A stretch of DNA of 64,000 nt from an uncultured Candidatus Saccharibacteria bacterium (lineage in GTDB: Bacteria; Patescibacteriota; Minisyncoccia; Minisyncoccales; JANBVM01): the NCBI GenBank assembly GCA_964435835.1, contig CAYSZX010000001.1:8197-72196 (forward strand), in the 5' to 3' direction. Below are positions 47,575 to 56,645 of the stretch, one piece after another (within the stretch, counting starts at the first letter, position 1; every line of letters begins with the position of its first letter). Below the pieces are notes generated by a model. The model saw nothing but the letters and a program-made list of their open reading frames with translations. It searched no databases and was not told the origin of the DNA. A program made the position numbers and the translations under genes.

Positions 47575-48315
47575 CTAAAACCTTTTATCTAAACTTTTTT
47601 GATGCCATTTAACCGCTAAAAAGAATAATAAAATAGTAAAACCAAAAAGAACAATAACATTATTTAAAGGAGGAAAATAGCTTGCTCCCTCTACAGAGTA
47701 TCTGGCCAAATCAGTAAAATAAGTTAAAGGAGAGAGATAAGACAAAAATTTCAACCTTCCAATTTCAGTAATTGGAACAAATATTCCACTAATAAACAAC
47801 AGAGGAAACTTTAGTAAAGTAGAGATTAACATAATGTCAGAAGGTTTATCGGCTGGAGGAGCAGAAATCAAAATTCCTAAAGAAGAAAAACAAAAAGCAG
47901 CTATTATAGTTCCTAAAAGTAAATAAATATTTATTATCTCTATACCCAATATAAAAACACTAAAAACTAGAATAAAAGAAAGAATAAATAAGCCAAACAG
48001 AACAGAACCAATAACGTCTCCTAAAAGAATAGCCCAGAGAGAGATAGGAGATGAAATTAATCTTTCAAAAGTTCGCATTCTTGTTTCCCAAGGAGCTATA
48101 ACCGGAGTAATAGCTGAAACAGAAAAGAATAAAGCCATTCCTAACAAACCAGGCAATAAAAATTCCCAAGAAGCATCTCTTTTAAAAGAAAAAGAAAGAA
48201 ACATAAAAGCAGGAATCAATAATCCCTGAATTAAAACAGGCCCTCGCACGTAATAGACAGATAAATCTTTTTTAGTAATAGCAAAAGCTCTTTTTAGTTG
48301 TTCTAAAATCTTCAT
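47575..48315 (-). CDS. ABC-2-type transporter permease
   Basis: 246 aa with 6 TM helices and a YYVRGP-like N-terminus. Overlaps the upstream ATPase gene by 4 nt. Confidence 0.7.
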   Translation of the reverse strand: MKILEQLKRAFAITKKDLSVYYVRGPVLIQGLLIPAFMFLSFSFKRDASWEFLLPGLLGMALFFSVSAITPVIAPWETRMRTFERLISSPISLWAILLGDVIGSVLFGLFILSFILVFSVFILGIEIINIYLLLGTIIAAFCFSSLGILISAPPADKPSDIMLISTLLKFPLLFISGIFVPITEIGRLKFLSYLSPLTYFTDLARYSVEGASYFPPLNNVIVLFGFTILLFFLAVKWHQKSLDKRF

Positions 48316-49229
48316 TTATCTTTAGTTAATTTAACAAAAACATCCTCTAGGCTAGCGCCTAAAGTTTTTAATGAAATTATCTTATTATTATTTTCTTTGG
48401 AGTAATTAACCAAAACAGAGATAACATCTTCCACCTTTTTACTATATAATTTAAATTTATCTCCGATTTTCTCAACTTTAATTACATCTTTAAACTCCAA
48501 ATCTCTTTTATCAACTTCTTTTTTAAAAGCAACTTCAATCGAAGCTGTACTTTGAATAGTGTTTTTTAAGTTTTCAGGTCGATCAATTGCTACAACTCTT
48601 CCGTAATTCATAATAGCTACCCTATCACAAAGTAAATTCGCTTCTTCAATATTATGAGTGGTTAAAAAGATAGTCTCTCCTCTTTTATTAAACTTTCTAA
48701 TCAAATTCCTAATTAGTCTAGCACTCTCAACGTCTAAACCACTTGTTGGTTCGTCTAAAAATAAAACTTCTGAATTATTCATTAAGGCCATAGATAAAAC
48801 AATTCTTTGTCGCATTCCCTTTGAAAAGGTTTTAACTTTTTGATTTCTTTGATCATATAAATTAAACAGTTTTAACAACTTTTTGGCTTTGTTCTCTCTT
48901 TCTTTTTTCTCTATCCCGTACAATTCTCCAATTAACAAAAGGTTTCTAATTGCTGAAATATCAATATAAGCATCAGCCATTTCTGGAACAACCCCTATTA
49001 ATTGTTTAGCTTCTATTGGAAACTTTTGAATATTAAAATTTTTAATAAAAGATTCTCCTTTTGTTGGTTTCAAAACACCAGTTAACATTCTAACAGTCGT
49101 GGTTTTTCCAGCCCCATTAGGACCCAACAAACCAAAGATCTCTCCTTTATCAATTTGAAAAGAAATATCATCAACTGCTTTAAAATCACCAAATTTTTTA
49201 GTTAAATTTCGCGCTTTAATAGTAGTCAT
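48312..49229 (-). CDS. ABC transporter ATP-binding protein
   Basis: Walker A GLLGPNGAGKTT, Q-loop, signature FSKGMRQR, Walker B LFLDEPTSGLD and H-loop TTHN. Confidence 0.85.
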   Translation of the reverse strand: MTTIKARNLTKKFGDFKAVDDISFQIDKGEIFGLLGPNGAGKTTTVRMLTGVLKPTKGESFIKNFNIQKFPIEAKQLIGVVPEMADAYIDISAIRNLLLIGELYGIEKKERENKAKKLLKLFNLYDQRNQKVKTFSKGMRQRIVLSMALMNNSEVLFLDEPTSGLDVESARLIRNLIRKFNKRGETIFLTTHNIEEANLLCDRVAIMNYGRVVAIDRPENLKNTIQSTASIEVAFKKEVDKRDLEFKDVIKVEKIGDKFKLYSKKVEDVISVLVNYSKENNNKIISLKTLGASLEDVFVKLTKDK

Positions 49230-49622
49230 ATCAATTATTATAGCAAGAAATAATTAAAAAGCTATTTCGAAAGAAGTTAGATAATAACAATTATCTTTTT
49301 AAATTAAATACATAACCAACCAAGCTCTCTAAAAAAACTGCAACAATGCCTTATTCAATAAAAGCCAGCTTAATAAACTAACAAGAAGGAGAATTAAAAA
49401 AACTTTTTTCTATCCTAATTTGGCTATTATTTTAATCAAAACAATTAACAAATTAAAAAACAAAAAAAGAGGCATTAAAAACAGGGCTCCCAAAACAAGC
49501 AGACAAAACAATATAAAAAGATCAAAAAACAATTTCAATATAAAGACACTCCACCAAATCAAAAGAACAATAAAAGGACTAAAAATAAAAGATAAAATAA
49601 TTGCCCAAGGAACACTCACGAT

Positions 49623-50828
49623 CTATTTAAATTTAATATTAATTTCAAGAGAATCATTATTCTCAGACAGACCTGACGGATTAGCTTTTTGAAGAATTAA
49701 ATTTCCCTTTTTCATAAAATCTGGATCCCCTTCCTGATAAGGACTATCAAATTCAATTTCCGCTCCAAATGGTACAAAATCTTCAGTCATCCATTCTTCT
49801 TGAGCCTGAGCATAAGTCTCGGCAATAATCCTCCCGTCCCAGTCAGTAAGAATGACAGGGAAGTTTGCCTCAAAAAACCAATAACCTCTTACCTTTCCTT
49901 TAAGCGTGAAAGGGCTTTCAATTTCTTCGCCAGGCTTTAAATTATCAAGCGAAATCAATTCACCGCCTATACTTTTTTGAAAAAAAGTAAAACTCTTAAC
50001 TACTTCTTTTTGCTTTTTCCATAATTCTTCATCAACTGAGCCACTTCTAATAATTTGATCTCCTGAAAAGGGTTCGCATTCCTCATAATTAATTTCTTCT
50101 CCGTCTCGAATACAGTCAGTATCAAGATCATCAATTTTTAAAGATATCCAAATAAAACCTGTTTCTGCCCATGATTCTGGATAATCAGCTGGCTTAATGT
50201 AGGCAGCAAAAGGAGTACCATCCTCAAGAAGATAAATCTTCGAATCTTCAGTTACTTCCATACCAATATCAAAATCAAAATCTTTTGTTTGGCCAAAAAC
50301 TCCTTCTGTAGGTACTCCTTCTGGATAAACTGAGACATGATTCACATTAGCAAAATGATCTAAGGGTAAATTAAGAGGAGTCCCCGCTGGCTTAATGTAG
50401 AAATTAAATTTAGGACCTAATTCATCTGCGACATCTTGATAATTATTCCATTCATCTTCCGGATATTTTAAAGAAAACTGGTAAGCACCATTAATAAATT
50501 CTTCCCAAGTTGAAGTATCAATTTCTTCACTTTCAGTAGGAATTTGTTCACAAGTATAAGCACATACCTGGGCACATACATCTACGTCAGGAGCACAAAT
50601 AGTTCCGCACTCATTAAACACACCGCCAAGATTTTCACAATGTTCAACAAATTTATCCTTTGGCTGATCAATTGCAGAAGTATAAACAATTTTTGTTTCA
50701 AATTGTTCTTGAATTGTAATTTCTGTTTCTTTATCTTCTCTTTGATAAAAATACCAAATTCCACCTACTACTATCATTAAAATTAAAAACCCTAAAATTA
50801 ATGTTTGTGTTTTTCCTTTATTGTTCAT
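49623..50828 (-). CDS. Hypothetical exported protein with an N-terminal Cys-rich segment
   Basis: N-terminal TM or signal (LILGFLILMIVVGGIWYF), then CENLGGVFNECGTICAPDVDVCAQVCAYTCE, then a beta-rich acidic domain. Confidence 0.4.
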   Translation of the reverse strand: MNNKGKTQTLILGFLILMIVVGGIWYFYQREDKETEITIQEQFETKIVYTSAIDQPKDKFVEHCENLGGVFNECGTICAPDVDVCAQVCAYTCEQIPTESEEIDTSTWEEFINGAYQFSLKYPEDEWNNYQDVADELGPKFNFYIKPAGTPLNLPLDHFANVNHVSVYPEGVPTEGVFGQTKDFDFDIGMEVTEDSKIYLLEDGTPFAAYIKPADYPESWAETGFIWISLKIDDLDTDCIRDGEEINYEECEPFSGDQIIRSGSVDEELWKKQKEVVKSFTFFQKSIGGELISLDNLKPGEEIESPFTLKGKVRGYWFFEANFPVILTDWDGRIIAETYAQAQEEWMTEDFVPFGAEIEFDSPYQEGDPDFMKKGNLILQKANPSGLSENNDSLEINIKFK

Positions 50829-50965
50829 AATAATTTAATTAATTTAATATTCTCTAAAGCACTAACTATATTTTTAAATTGGACATATGCATTATAACAG
50901 AAAAAATCCGTATCATCTATAAAGTAGTCAATAGTTAATATTCAAAAAGCTTCATTTAAAAAAAA

Positions 50966-51658
50966 TTATAAGTATCTTTTTAAGAATTTTTCTCTTTTTA
51001 TAATAGCTCTCATTATCTCCTCATCGTCTGGTTCATAAGGAAAAAACTTTTTTCTAAATTCTTGATTTATTTCTCCCTTAATAGTAAAACCTAAACTTTC
51101 TATTACTTTGGGACGTTGAGCAACAAGCCAAGAGATAGCTGCTATTTTTTTAATTTTTTTATCTTTCTTAACAATTTCAGCTAATTTTTTAATTCCGTCT
51201 TTTATTAATTCTAAAAAGGCCGTTTCGCCCACCTCCTTCTTAAGTTCTTTAGCAGGAGCAAGATGAACATGAACTACTTTTTTATCTTTATCATAAAAGT
51301 GTTCTCCATAGGAAAGAACCTTATTTAAAGTTTTAAAACCCCCTTCCTTGAGAAAGATTTCTCTTTTTATTTTTTCTTGCTCTTTTTCTTTTAAGTCAAA
51401 AAATGGCCTAATTGAAGACAAAACACATTTTGTGAAAACATCCTTCTCTTCTACAGAAGAACATTCTTCCAGTAAATTATAAATTTCATTTTTCTTAACT
51501 AAACCAGAATCTAAAAAAGGTTTAATTTTAGAAACAATAACATTAATTCTTGCAGGACCATTTTTTTCTTCCTCAAAAATTTTACTTATTGCTTTTTTAA
51601 TCCTTTTTATATTCTTTAATTCTTCTTTTTGCATATTATTAATTATAGAAAAACTCAA
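50966..51658 (-). CDS. Hypothetical cytoplasmic protein
   Basis: 230 aa, Lys/Glu-rich, no recognisable motif. Confidence 0.35.
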   Translation of the reverse strand: MSFSIINNMQKEELKNIKRIKKAISKIFEEEKNGPARINVIVSKIKPFLDSGLVKKNEIYNLLEECSSVEEKDVFTKCVLSSIRPFFDLKEKEQEKIKREIFLKEGGFKTLNKVLSYGEHFYDKDKKVVHVHLAPAKELKKEVGETAFLELIKDGIKKLAEIVKKDKKIKKIAAISWLVAQRPKVIESLGFTIKGEINQEFRKKFFPYEPDDEEIMRAIIKREKFLKRYL

Positions 51659-51690
51659 GTTTAAACCGCCTAATAATTACAATTCTCGTT

Positions 51691-51858
51691 CTATTTAAAA
51701 ACCCCTAATTCTTCTTGAACAAAGGTTTTTAATATTTCAAAAAGAATTAAGAAAATAACAGTAAAGAGAAAAACTTTAATAATGGAAATATTTAATTCTA
51801 TAAGAATCATTACTACCCCAACCAAAATAAAAATTTTATAAAACAATGAAGCTTTCAT
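51691..51858 (-). CDS. Candidate small membrane protein (55 aa)
   Basis: Manual translation: MKASLFYKIFILVGVVMILIELNISIIKVFLFTVIFLILFEILKTFVQEELGVFK. One or two TM helices. It sits between the activase gene and the downstream gene, is below the ORF-track size cutoff, and could be an AT-rich artefact. Confidence 0.3.
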   Translation of the reverse strand: MKASLFYKIFILVGVVMILIELNISIIKVFLFTVIFLILFEILKTFVQEELGVFK

Positions 51859-51877
51859 TTTAAAATTCTTTTTTTTA

Positions 51878-52876
51878 TTATTTTTCCTTTAACTTTTTTC
51901 CTCTTAACTTTTTTTTAGCCCTTTCAAGACCAGCTGAACATTTATTCCCCCATCCATCTAAAAATTTTCCTTCTTTTAAAACACAAACTACTTCGCAGTT
52001 ATTTGGACAAAAACCGCATTCAATCCCTCTTGTTTCAAAATCAATATCTTTAATATTAAAATCAAATTCTTCTTTCCTTGGGTATTTTTTAGTATAATCT
52101 CGAGAGATAATAGCAGATCCGATTGCTCCCATTAAATGCCCTAAATCATCAACTATTACAGAAAATCCCGTTATTTCTTCAAAAGCTTTAACTACCCCAA
52201 CATTTTTACTAACTCCACCCTGAAAAACAGCAGGTTCTTTAATATTCTTACCCTTCCCAACATTATTAAGATAATTATGAACAATAGAATTACATAAACC
52301 AGCAATTAAATCTTCCTTAGAATGCCCTATTTGAGCCTTATGAATAAGATCTGATTCAGCAAAAACAGTACATCTCCCGGCTATTTTAGAAGGATTTTCA
52401 GATTTTAAAGCATAATCCCCAAACTCTTCAACCGGAATATTAAGACGTCCAGCCTGGGACGTAAGAAAAGCTCCTGTTCCTGCTGCACATAAAGTATTCA
52501 TTGCATAATCAACAACAATCCCCTGATCTAAAATTATCATTTTACTGTCCTGCCCTCCTATCTCAAAAATAGTTTTAATATCTTTATGAAACGATAAAGC
52601 CCCAATCGCATGAGCAGTAATTTCATTTTTAACAATATCAGCGCCTAAAACCGTTCCGATTAACTCTCTAGCTGAACCAGTTGTTCCTACTCCTAAAATA
52701 GAAAGGTTTTTACCTTTAATTTGGGACTTTAAATCTTCAAGAACTTTTTTAGAAGCTTCAATAGGGGCTCCCTCTGTCCAAAGATAAGTCTGAGCATAAA
52801 TATTATTAGATTCATCTATGATGACTCCCTTAGTTGAAATAGAACCAATGTCAAAGCCTAAATATGCTTTTTTCAT
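51878..52876 (-). CDS. BadF/BadG/BcrA/BcrD-family ATPase, HgdC-type [4Fe-4S] activase (CoA-substrate-specific enzyme activase)
   Basis: YLGFDIGSISTKGV, GTTGSARELIG, IFEIGGQDSKMI, LCAAGTGAFL, GRCTVFAESD, DLIAGL and FQGGVSKN together make a near-complete match to the HgdC/YjiL motif series, including both cluster-bridging Cys. Confidence 0.8.
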   Translation of the reverse strand: MKKAYLGFDIGSISTKGVIIDESNNIYAQTYLWTEGAPIEASKKVLEDLKSQIKGKNLSILGVGTTGSARELIGTVLGADIVKNEITAHAIGALSFHKDIKTIFEIGGQDSKMIILDQGIVVDYAMNTLCAAGTGAFLTSQAGRLNIPVEEFGDYALKSENPSKIAGRCTVFAESDLIHKAQIGHSKEDLIAGLCNSIVHNYLNNVGKGKNIKEPAVFQGGVSKNVGVVKAFEEITGFSVIVDDLGHLMGAIGSAIISRDYTKKYPRKEEFDFNIKDIDFETRGIECGFCPNNCEVVCVLKEGKFLDGWGNKCSAGLERAKKKLRGKKLKEK

Positions 52877-52879
52877 AAT

Positions 52880-53968
52880 TTAATTATTTATTTTGTTTTT
52901 TTTCATTTTAAGCATATCATAAAAAGCCTCTATTCTTGTTTTGATACCAGTTTCTGAAGTATGAGCGTCAAAACTAAAGTAAACAATAGGCACCTTATAT
53001 TCTTTTGATAATTTATGTAAAGCTGACATTGCATTTACTTCTGGCATACAACCAAATGGCTTAACATGGATTATTCCATCAAATCCATCTTTTATCAATT
53101 TATGAGCCCTTCCTACACTTTCGGTACCATGAGATCCAATATGAAATTTCAAATAAGGATGAGCTTGTTTTAAAAACTTTTTACCATGAAAACCAAAAGA
53201 AAAAGCATCATGCAAAATACTAGACAGAGTCACAAAACGATAAACCCTTACTCCTTTTTTAGCTAATTTCTTTTCTATATAAAAATTAGAAAAAGGTTCC
53301 ATAAGAATATAAAGTTCTCCAACCAAAGCAACCCTTATTAAATCTTCCGGTCTTTTTGTTTCAATTTCTTTTATTCTTTTTTTATAATTTCTTTCTACCC
53401 TTTTTACATCTTTAATAGAGCTAGTTTTCTCTAAGGCAGAAAAAAACTCTTTACTAACTTTCTCATGTTCTCCTTCAGAGACTTCAAAACCTATATTAGC
53501 CCTAATTAAAAATTCTATTTTATCAATACATCTTAATCGCCAAAAAGAAAGAGCTAGACATTTAACTATTTCTAAATAAGAAACCCCCTTTTTCTTGGAA
53601 ATAAAAATTTCTTTAATAGCTCCAAAATAATTATTGCTCAATTTTAAAAATTCAAAATCATATCCTAAGTCTTTAAGTATTTCCTCTTGAACTTCTCCAT
53701 AATATCCAAAACGACAACCTCCTCCAGCTTGAATTAAAATATTAGCTCCCAACTCTAAGGCTTCTATATAATTTCCTAAATTGTATTTAAAAGGAACACA
53801 AGCAGACTCTGGACTATGTTTAGCCCCTAAATCAATTGTTTTTTTAGTTATTGGAGGAGCAATAATTACCTCATCCCCAAATAACCTTGCAATTGGTTCA
53901 AGAGCATAAGAATAATTACCCATATGAGGAAAGCTAACTTTTTTAATTGAAGATTCCTTTTTTGTCAT
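52880..53968 (-). CDS. Activase-associated protein (DUF2229 / 2-hydroxyacyl-CoA dehydratase D-component-like)
   Basis: VSFPHMGNYSYALEPIARLFGDEVIIAPPITKKTIDLGAKHSPESACVPFKYNLGNYIEAL...GGGCRFGYY is the typical N-terminal block of proteins found beside or fused to HgdC-type activases. Confidence 0.55.
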   Translation of the reverse strand: MTKKESSIKKVSFPHMGNYSYALEPIARLFGDEVIIAPPITKKTIDLGAKHSPESACVPFKYNLGNYIEALELGANILIQAGGGCRFGYYGEVQEEILKDLGYDFEFLKLSNNYFGAIKEIFISKKKGVSYLEIVKCLALSFWRLRCIDKIEFLIRANIGFEVSEGEHEKVSKEFFSALEKTSSIKDVKRVERNYKKRIKEIETKRPEDLIRVALVGELYILMEPFSNFYIEKKLAKKGVRVYRFVTLSSILHDAFSFGFHGKKFLKQAHPYLKFHIGSHGTESVGRAHKLIKDGFDGIIHVKPFGCMPEVNAMSALHKLSKEYKVPIVYFSFDAHTSETGIKTRIEAFYDMLKMKKNKINN

Positions 53969-54881
53969 TTTTCATTCTTAAAATATCAATAAAACTTTCT
54001 AATCTTGTTTTAAGACCCGCTTCTCCTTGTAATTCATCTAAAACAAGAAGGGTGGTGGGTATTTTAATTTTACTTTGACATAAATTAATTACCAAAGAAT
54101 CAGGACCACAAGGAAAGGTCATTAAAAATATTACTCCATCAACTATTTCTTTATAATACTCAACAGCTCCTAACAAGTCTTTGCTGTAGCCCCAATATAA
54201 ATCAGATGATATTTCTTTATAAAGACTTTTAGCCTCTTCAGGAATATTGTCTGAGAAAATAAGACTTACTCCTTGCGACTTCAAAAAATCTATTATAGGT
54301 TTACCCAAAAAAGAATCATAGGTAGTGTACGGATGAGAAGTAATTAAAACTAAAAGATCATCTTCTTTTTTATTCTTAATTTTTTCAAGTTGGTTCTCTA
54401 TATTTTCTTTCCGATTCTTTTCTTGGTACTTTTTTGCTTTTATATAAGCTTTTATAATAGAAAAAGGATTCTTTGTTATCCTTAAACCAGCTTTAAAATA
54501 AGCAAAAAAATCAAAACAAAAATTATCAGCATCAAGAGTATATTCTAATAAATTTAAATCATCAAAAGTATTTTTAACAATATCATAAAGAGCTACCATT
54601 TTTACACAGGTCTGTTCTCCTCTTTTTGGAGAAACAATGTGAGGAATAAAAACATAATCTACCTTATCTTTTAACCAATCAACATGTCCTAAAAATATTT
54701 TAATAGACAAGCAACTTTCATCAACAGCTAAATTAACCCCTCTATCTAATATTTCGCTATTAGTTTCTGGACTTGTAATTACCTCGCAATTTAATTCTTC
54801 AAAGAATTTTTTCCAAAAAAACCAATATCTATAATAAAGAAGAGCTCTAGGTATTCCAATTTTAAATTTTTTTTTCGCCAT
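53943..54881 (-). CDS. Activase-associated DUF2229-family protein
   Basis: FKIGIPRALLYYRYWFFWKKFFEELNCEVITSPETNSEILDRGVNLAVDESCLSIKIF matches the IGIPRAL.YY....W..FF.ELG......P.TNK.I...G...AVDE.C...K block of DUF2229. Overlaps the previous gene by 26 nt. Confidence 0.6.
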   Translation of the reverse strand: MAKKKFKIGIPRALLYYRYWFFWKKFFEELNCEVITSPETNSEILDRGVNLAVDESCLSIKIFLGHVDWLKDKVDYVFIPHIVSPKRGEQTCVKMVALYDIVKNTFDDLNLLEYTLDADNFCFDFFAYFKAGLRITKNPFSIIKAYIKAKKYQEKNRKENIENQLEKIKNKKEDDLLVLITSHPYTTYDSFLGKPIIDFLKSQGVSLIFSDNIPEEAKSLYKEISSDLYWGYSKDLLGAVEYYKEIVDGVIFLMTFPCGPDSLVINLCQSKIKIPTTLLVLDELQGEAGLKTRLESFIDILRMKNDKKGIFN

Positions 54882-55070
54882 TTTAAAAATATTTATTGTA
54901 AGATAATATTTCGTTAATAAAATTAAACACTCTTTCTTTTATAAAAATTTAACTCTTAATTCTTTTCTTTTTTCAAAATTTTCCATATTTTTAATTATAT
55001 TATTTCACTTAGTAAAGAAAAAGGGTTTTGAAACCCTTAAATATTTATTACAGAAAATTAAAAAATGTTT

Positions 55071-55571
55071 TTACGTATTGAACCTTTTCCATTCACTTTT
55101 TGTTCCGTTTAATTGGTTTTGAGCCATAACCAATTCATCATAAATTCCATCAATCAAATCATATTTTTTAGCTTCTTTTAAACTAATCCACACGAATTTA
55201 TCTGCTTCGCCTTTTTGCAACTTAACATCACCAGATGCATAATCAGCTAAACACGAAATAACTAAAGAAGGGTTACCATCATCATGAATAGTAGCTAAAC
55301 TAGTCACATATTCAATATTTTTAATTTCTAATCCCACCTCTTCTCTTACCTCTCTTCTTAAAACTTTTTCTAAAACATTATACCAATAAAATTTAGTATC
55401 TTTTGGAAGAGAAGAATAATCTTCTATTTCCAATTTACCACCGGGCACAACCCATCTTTTTGGAAATCTTTTCTTATTAGGAGAGCGCCTAGTAATTAAA
55501 TATTTACCATCTTTAATAATAATAGCTGTAATTACCACTTCGTGAAGACGATCCTTTGATTTATTTTTCAT
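55071..55571 (-). CDS. NUDIX hydrolase
   Basis: Nudix box GGKLEIEDYSSLPKDTKFYWYNVLEKVLRREVREEVGL, that is Gx5Ex7REVxEExG. Confidence 0.75.
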   Translation of the reverse strand: MKNKSKDRLHEVVITAIIIKDGKYLITRRSPNKKRFPKRWVVPGGKLEIEDYSSLPKDTKFYWYNVLEKVLRREVREEVGLEIKNIEYVTSLATIHDDGNPSLVISCLADYASGDVKLQKGEADKFVWISLKEAKKYDLIDGIYDELVMAQNQLNGTKSEWKRFNT

Positions 55572-55583
55572 AAATCTACTAAA

Positions 55584-56030
55584 TTATTTCTTAATAGGAA
55601 TTTCTGTAATTTGACTAATAATCTGTTTTTTAGTTTCTGTATCCAATTCTTTATCTAATAAAGGATAAAGTTTTTCTTCCTCTATTTTTTTGTGCTTTTC
55701 TATCATCTTTTGAAAATCAGTAATATCTTTTTTAGCCTCCGTAACAAAATCATCCTTTAAATCTCCTAAAACATCCATCATTTCAGTATGGCTTTGTTCT
55801 ATTTTTTTTATTAATTCACGAATTTCAGAATTTTCTTTTTTATAAAGTTGAAAAATAACTTTTTCTTCACTAAAAATATGTTTTTTCAGCTCCCATTGAA
55901 ATTCTTCTAAAAGATCTAATACTCTTAAGCCATCTTTTTCAAGACTTTCTTGAATATCTTTTAATAAGCCTTCAAGTAATCCATGATGAACAATCATCAC
56001 TTTTAAAATAGAATCTTTATTTTTCTTCAT
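55584..56030 (-). CDS. Hemerythrin-like (HHE cation-binding domain) protein
   Basis: IVHHGLLEGL, ELKKHIFSEEKVIF, SHTEMMD and IEKHKKIEEEKLYPL show the H/E spacing typical of hemerythrin HHE domains. Its start overlaps the sod stop by 14 nt. Confidence 0.5.
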   Translation of the reverse strand: MKKNKDSILKVMIVHHGLLEGLLKDIQESLEKDGLRVLDLLEEFQWELKKHIFSEEKVIFQLYKKENSEIRELIKKIEQSHTEMMDVLGDLKDDFVTEAKKDITDFQKMIEKHKKIEEEKLYPLLDKELDTETKKQIISQITEIPIKK

Positions 56031-56637
56031 ATTTATTTATGATTTTTTGTAATCTTTTATTAACTACCTCCCAATTCACAATATTCCAAAACGCATCTAC
56101 AAAATCTCCCCTTTTATTTTGATAATCTAAATAATAAGCATGTTCCCAAACATCACAACAAAGAATTAATTCAAAACGAGGATAAAGATTAAGGTTATGT
56201 TTTTCAATTTGACTTATAAGCAATAAATCATTTTTAGTACAGTAAGCTAAAGCTGCCCATCCTGAGCCCTCTACAGATTTAGCTGCCTCTGAAAATTCTT
56301 TTTGGAATTGTTCAAAATCTCCGAAATTCTTCTTAATTTTTTCTAGAAGAAGACCTTTCGGCTTACTTCCTTCGGAAGATAAAATAGACCAAAAAAGAGA
56401 ATGAAGCACATGTCCTCCAAGATTAAAAGTCAGGGCTTTAATAGTTGGCTTCATGTCTATTTTTTCATCTTTTTTTCTAGCAGAAGTTATTTTTTCTAAA
56501 ATACTATTAACATTATTTACATACCCTTGATGGTGCTTTTTGTGATGAATTTCTAATTGTTTTTGAGAAATATAAGGTTCTAAAGAATCATAATTATAAG
56601 AAAGGCTCGGCAATTTATAAATATTTTTCTTGAACAT
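56017..56637 (-). CDS. sodA: Fe/Mn superoxide dismutase
   Basis: LPSLSYNYDSLEPYIS...LEIHHKKHHQGYVNN...FNLGGHVLHSLFW...GSGWAAL...DVWEHAYYLDYQNKR, with all four metal ligands and the DVWEHAYY motif. Confidence 0.9.
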   Translation of the reverse strand: MFKKNIYKLPSLSYNYDSLEPYISQKQLEIHHKKHHQGYVNNVNSILEKITSARKKDEKIDMKPTIKALTFNLGGHVLHSLFWSILSSEGSKPKGLLLEKIKKNFGDFEQFQKEFSEAAKSVEGSGWAALAYCTKNDLLLISQIEKHNLNLYPRFELILCCDVWEHAYYLDYQNKRGDFVDAFWNIVNWEVVNKRLQKIINKYEEK

Positions 56638-56645
56638 TTTTTTAT

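Noticed and set aside
43322-48843. Plus-strand or alternate-frame ORFs 43322-43540, 45938-46120, 46974-47162 and 48658-48843
   Set aside because: They are antisense to or embedded within DUF362, the 429-aa hypothetical and the ABC ATPase, and have no motifs.
49410-49692. Overlapping ORFs 49410-49619 (-) and 49420-49692 (+) in the A-rich intergenic gap
   Set aside because: Both arise from a homopolymeric purine or pyrimidine tract (poly-Phe/Leu on one strand, poly-Lys/Asn on the other). They are mutually exclusive and look like compositional artefacts.
50544-50780. ORFs 50544-50780 (+) and 50582-50764 (-) inside the 49623-50828 gene
   Set aside because: They are embedded within or antisense to the longer ORF and are low-complexity.
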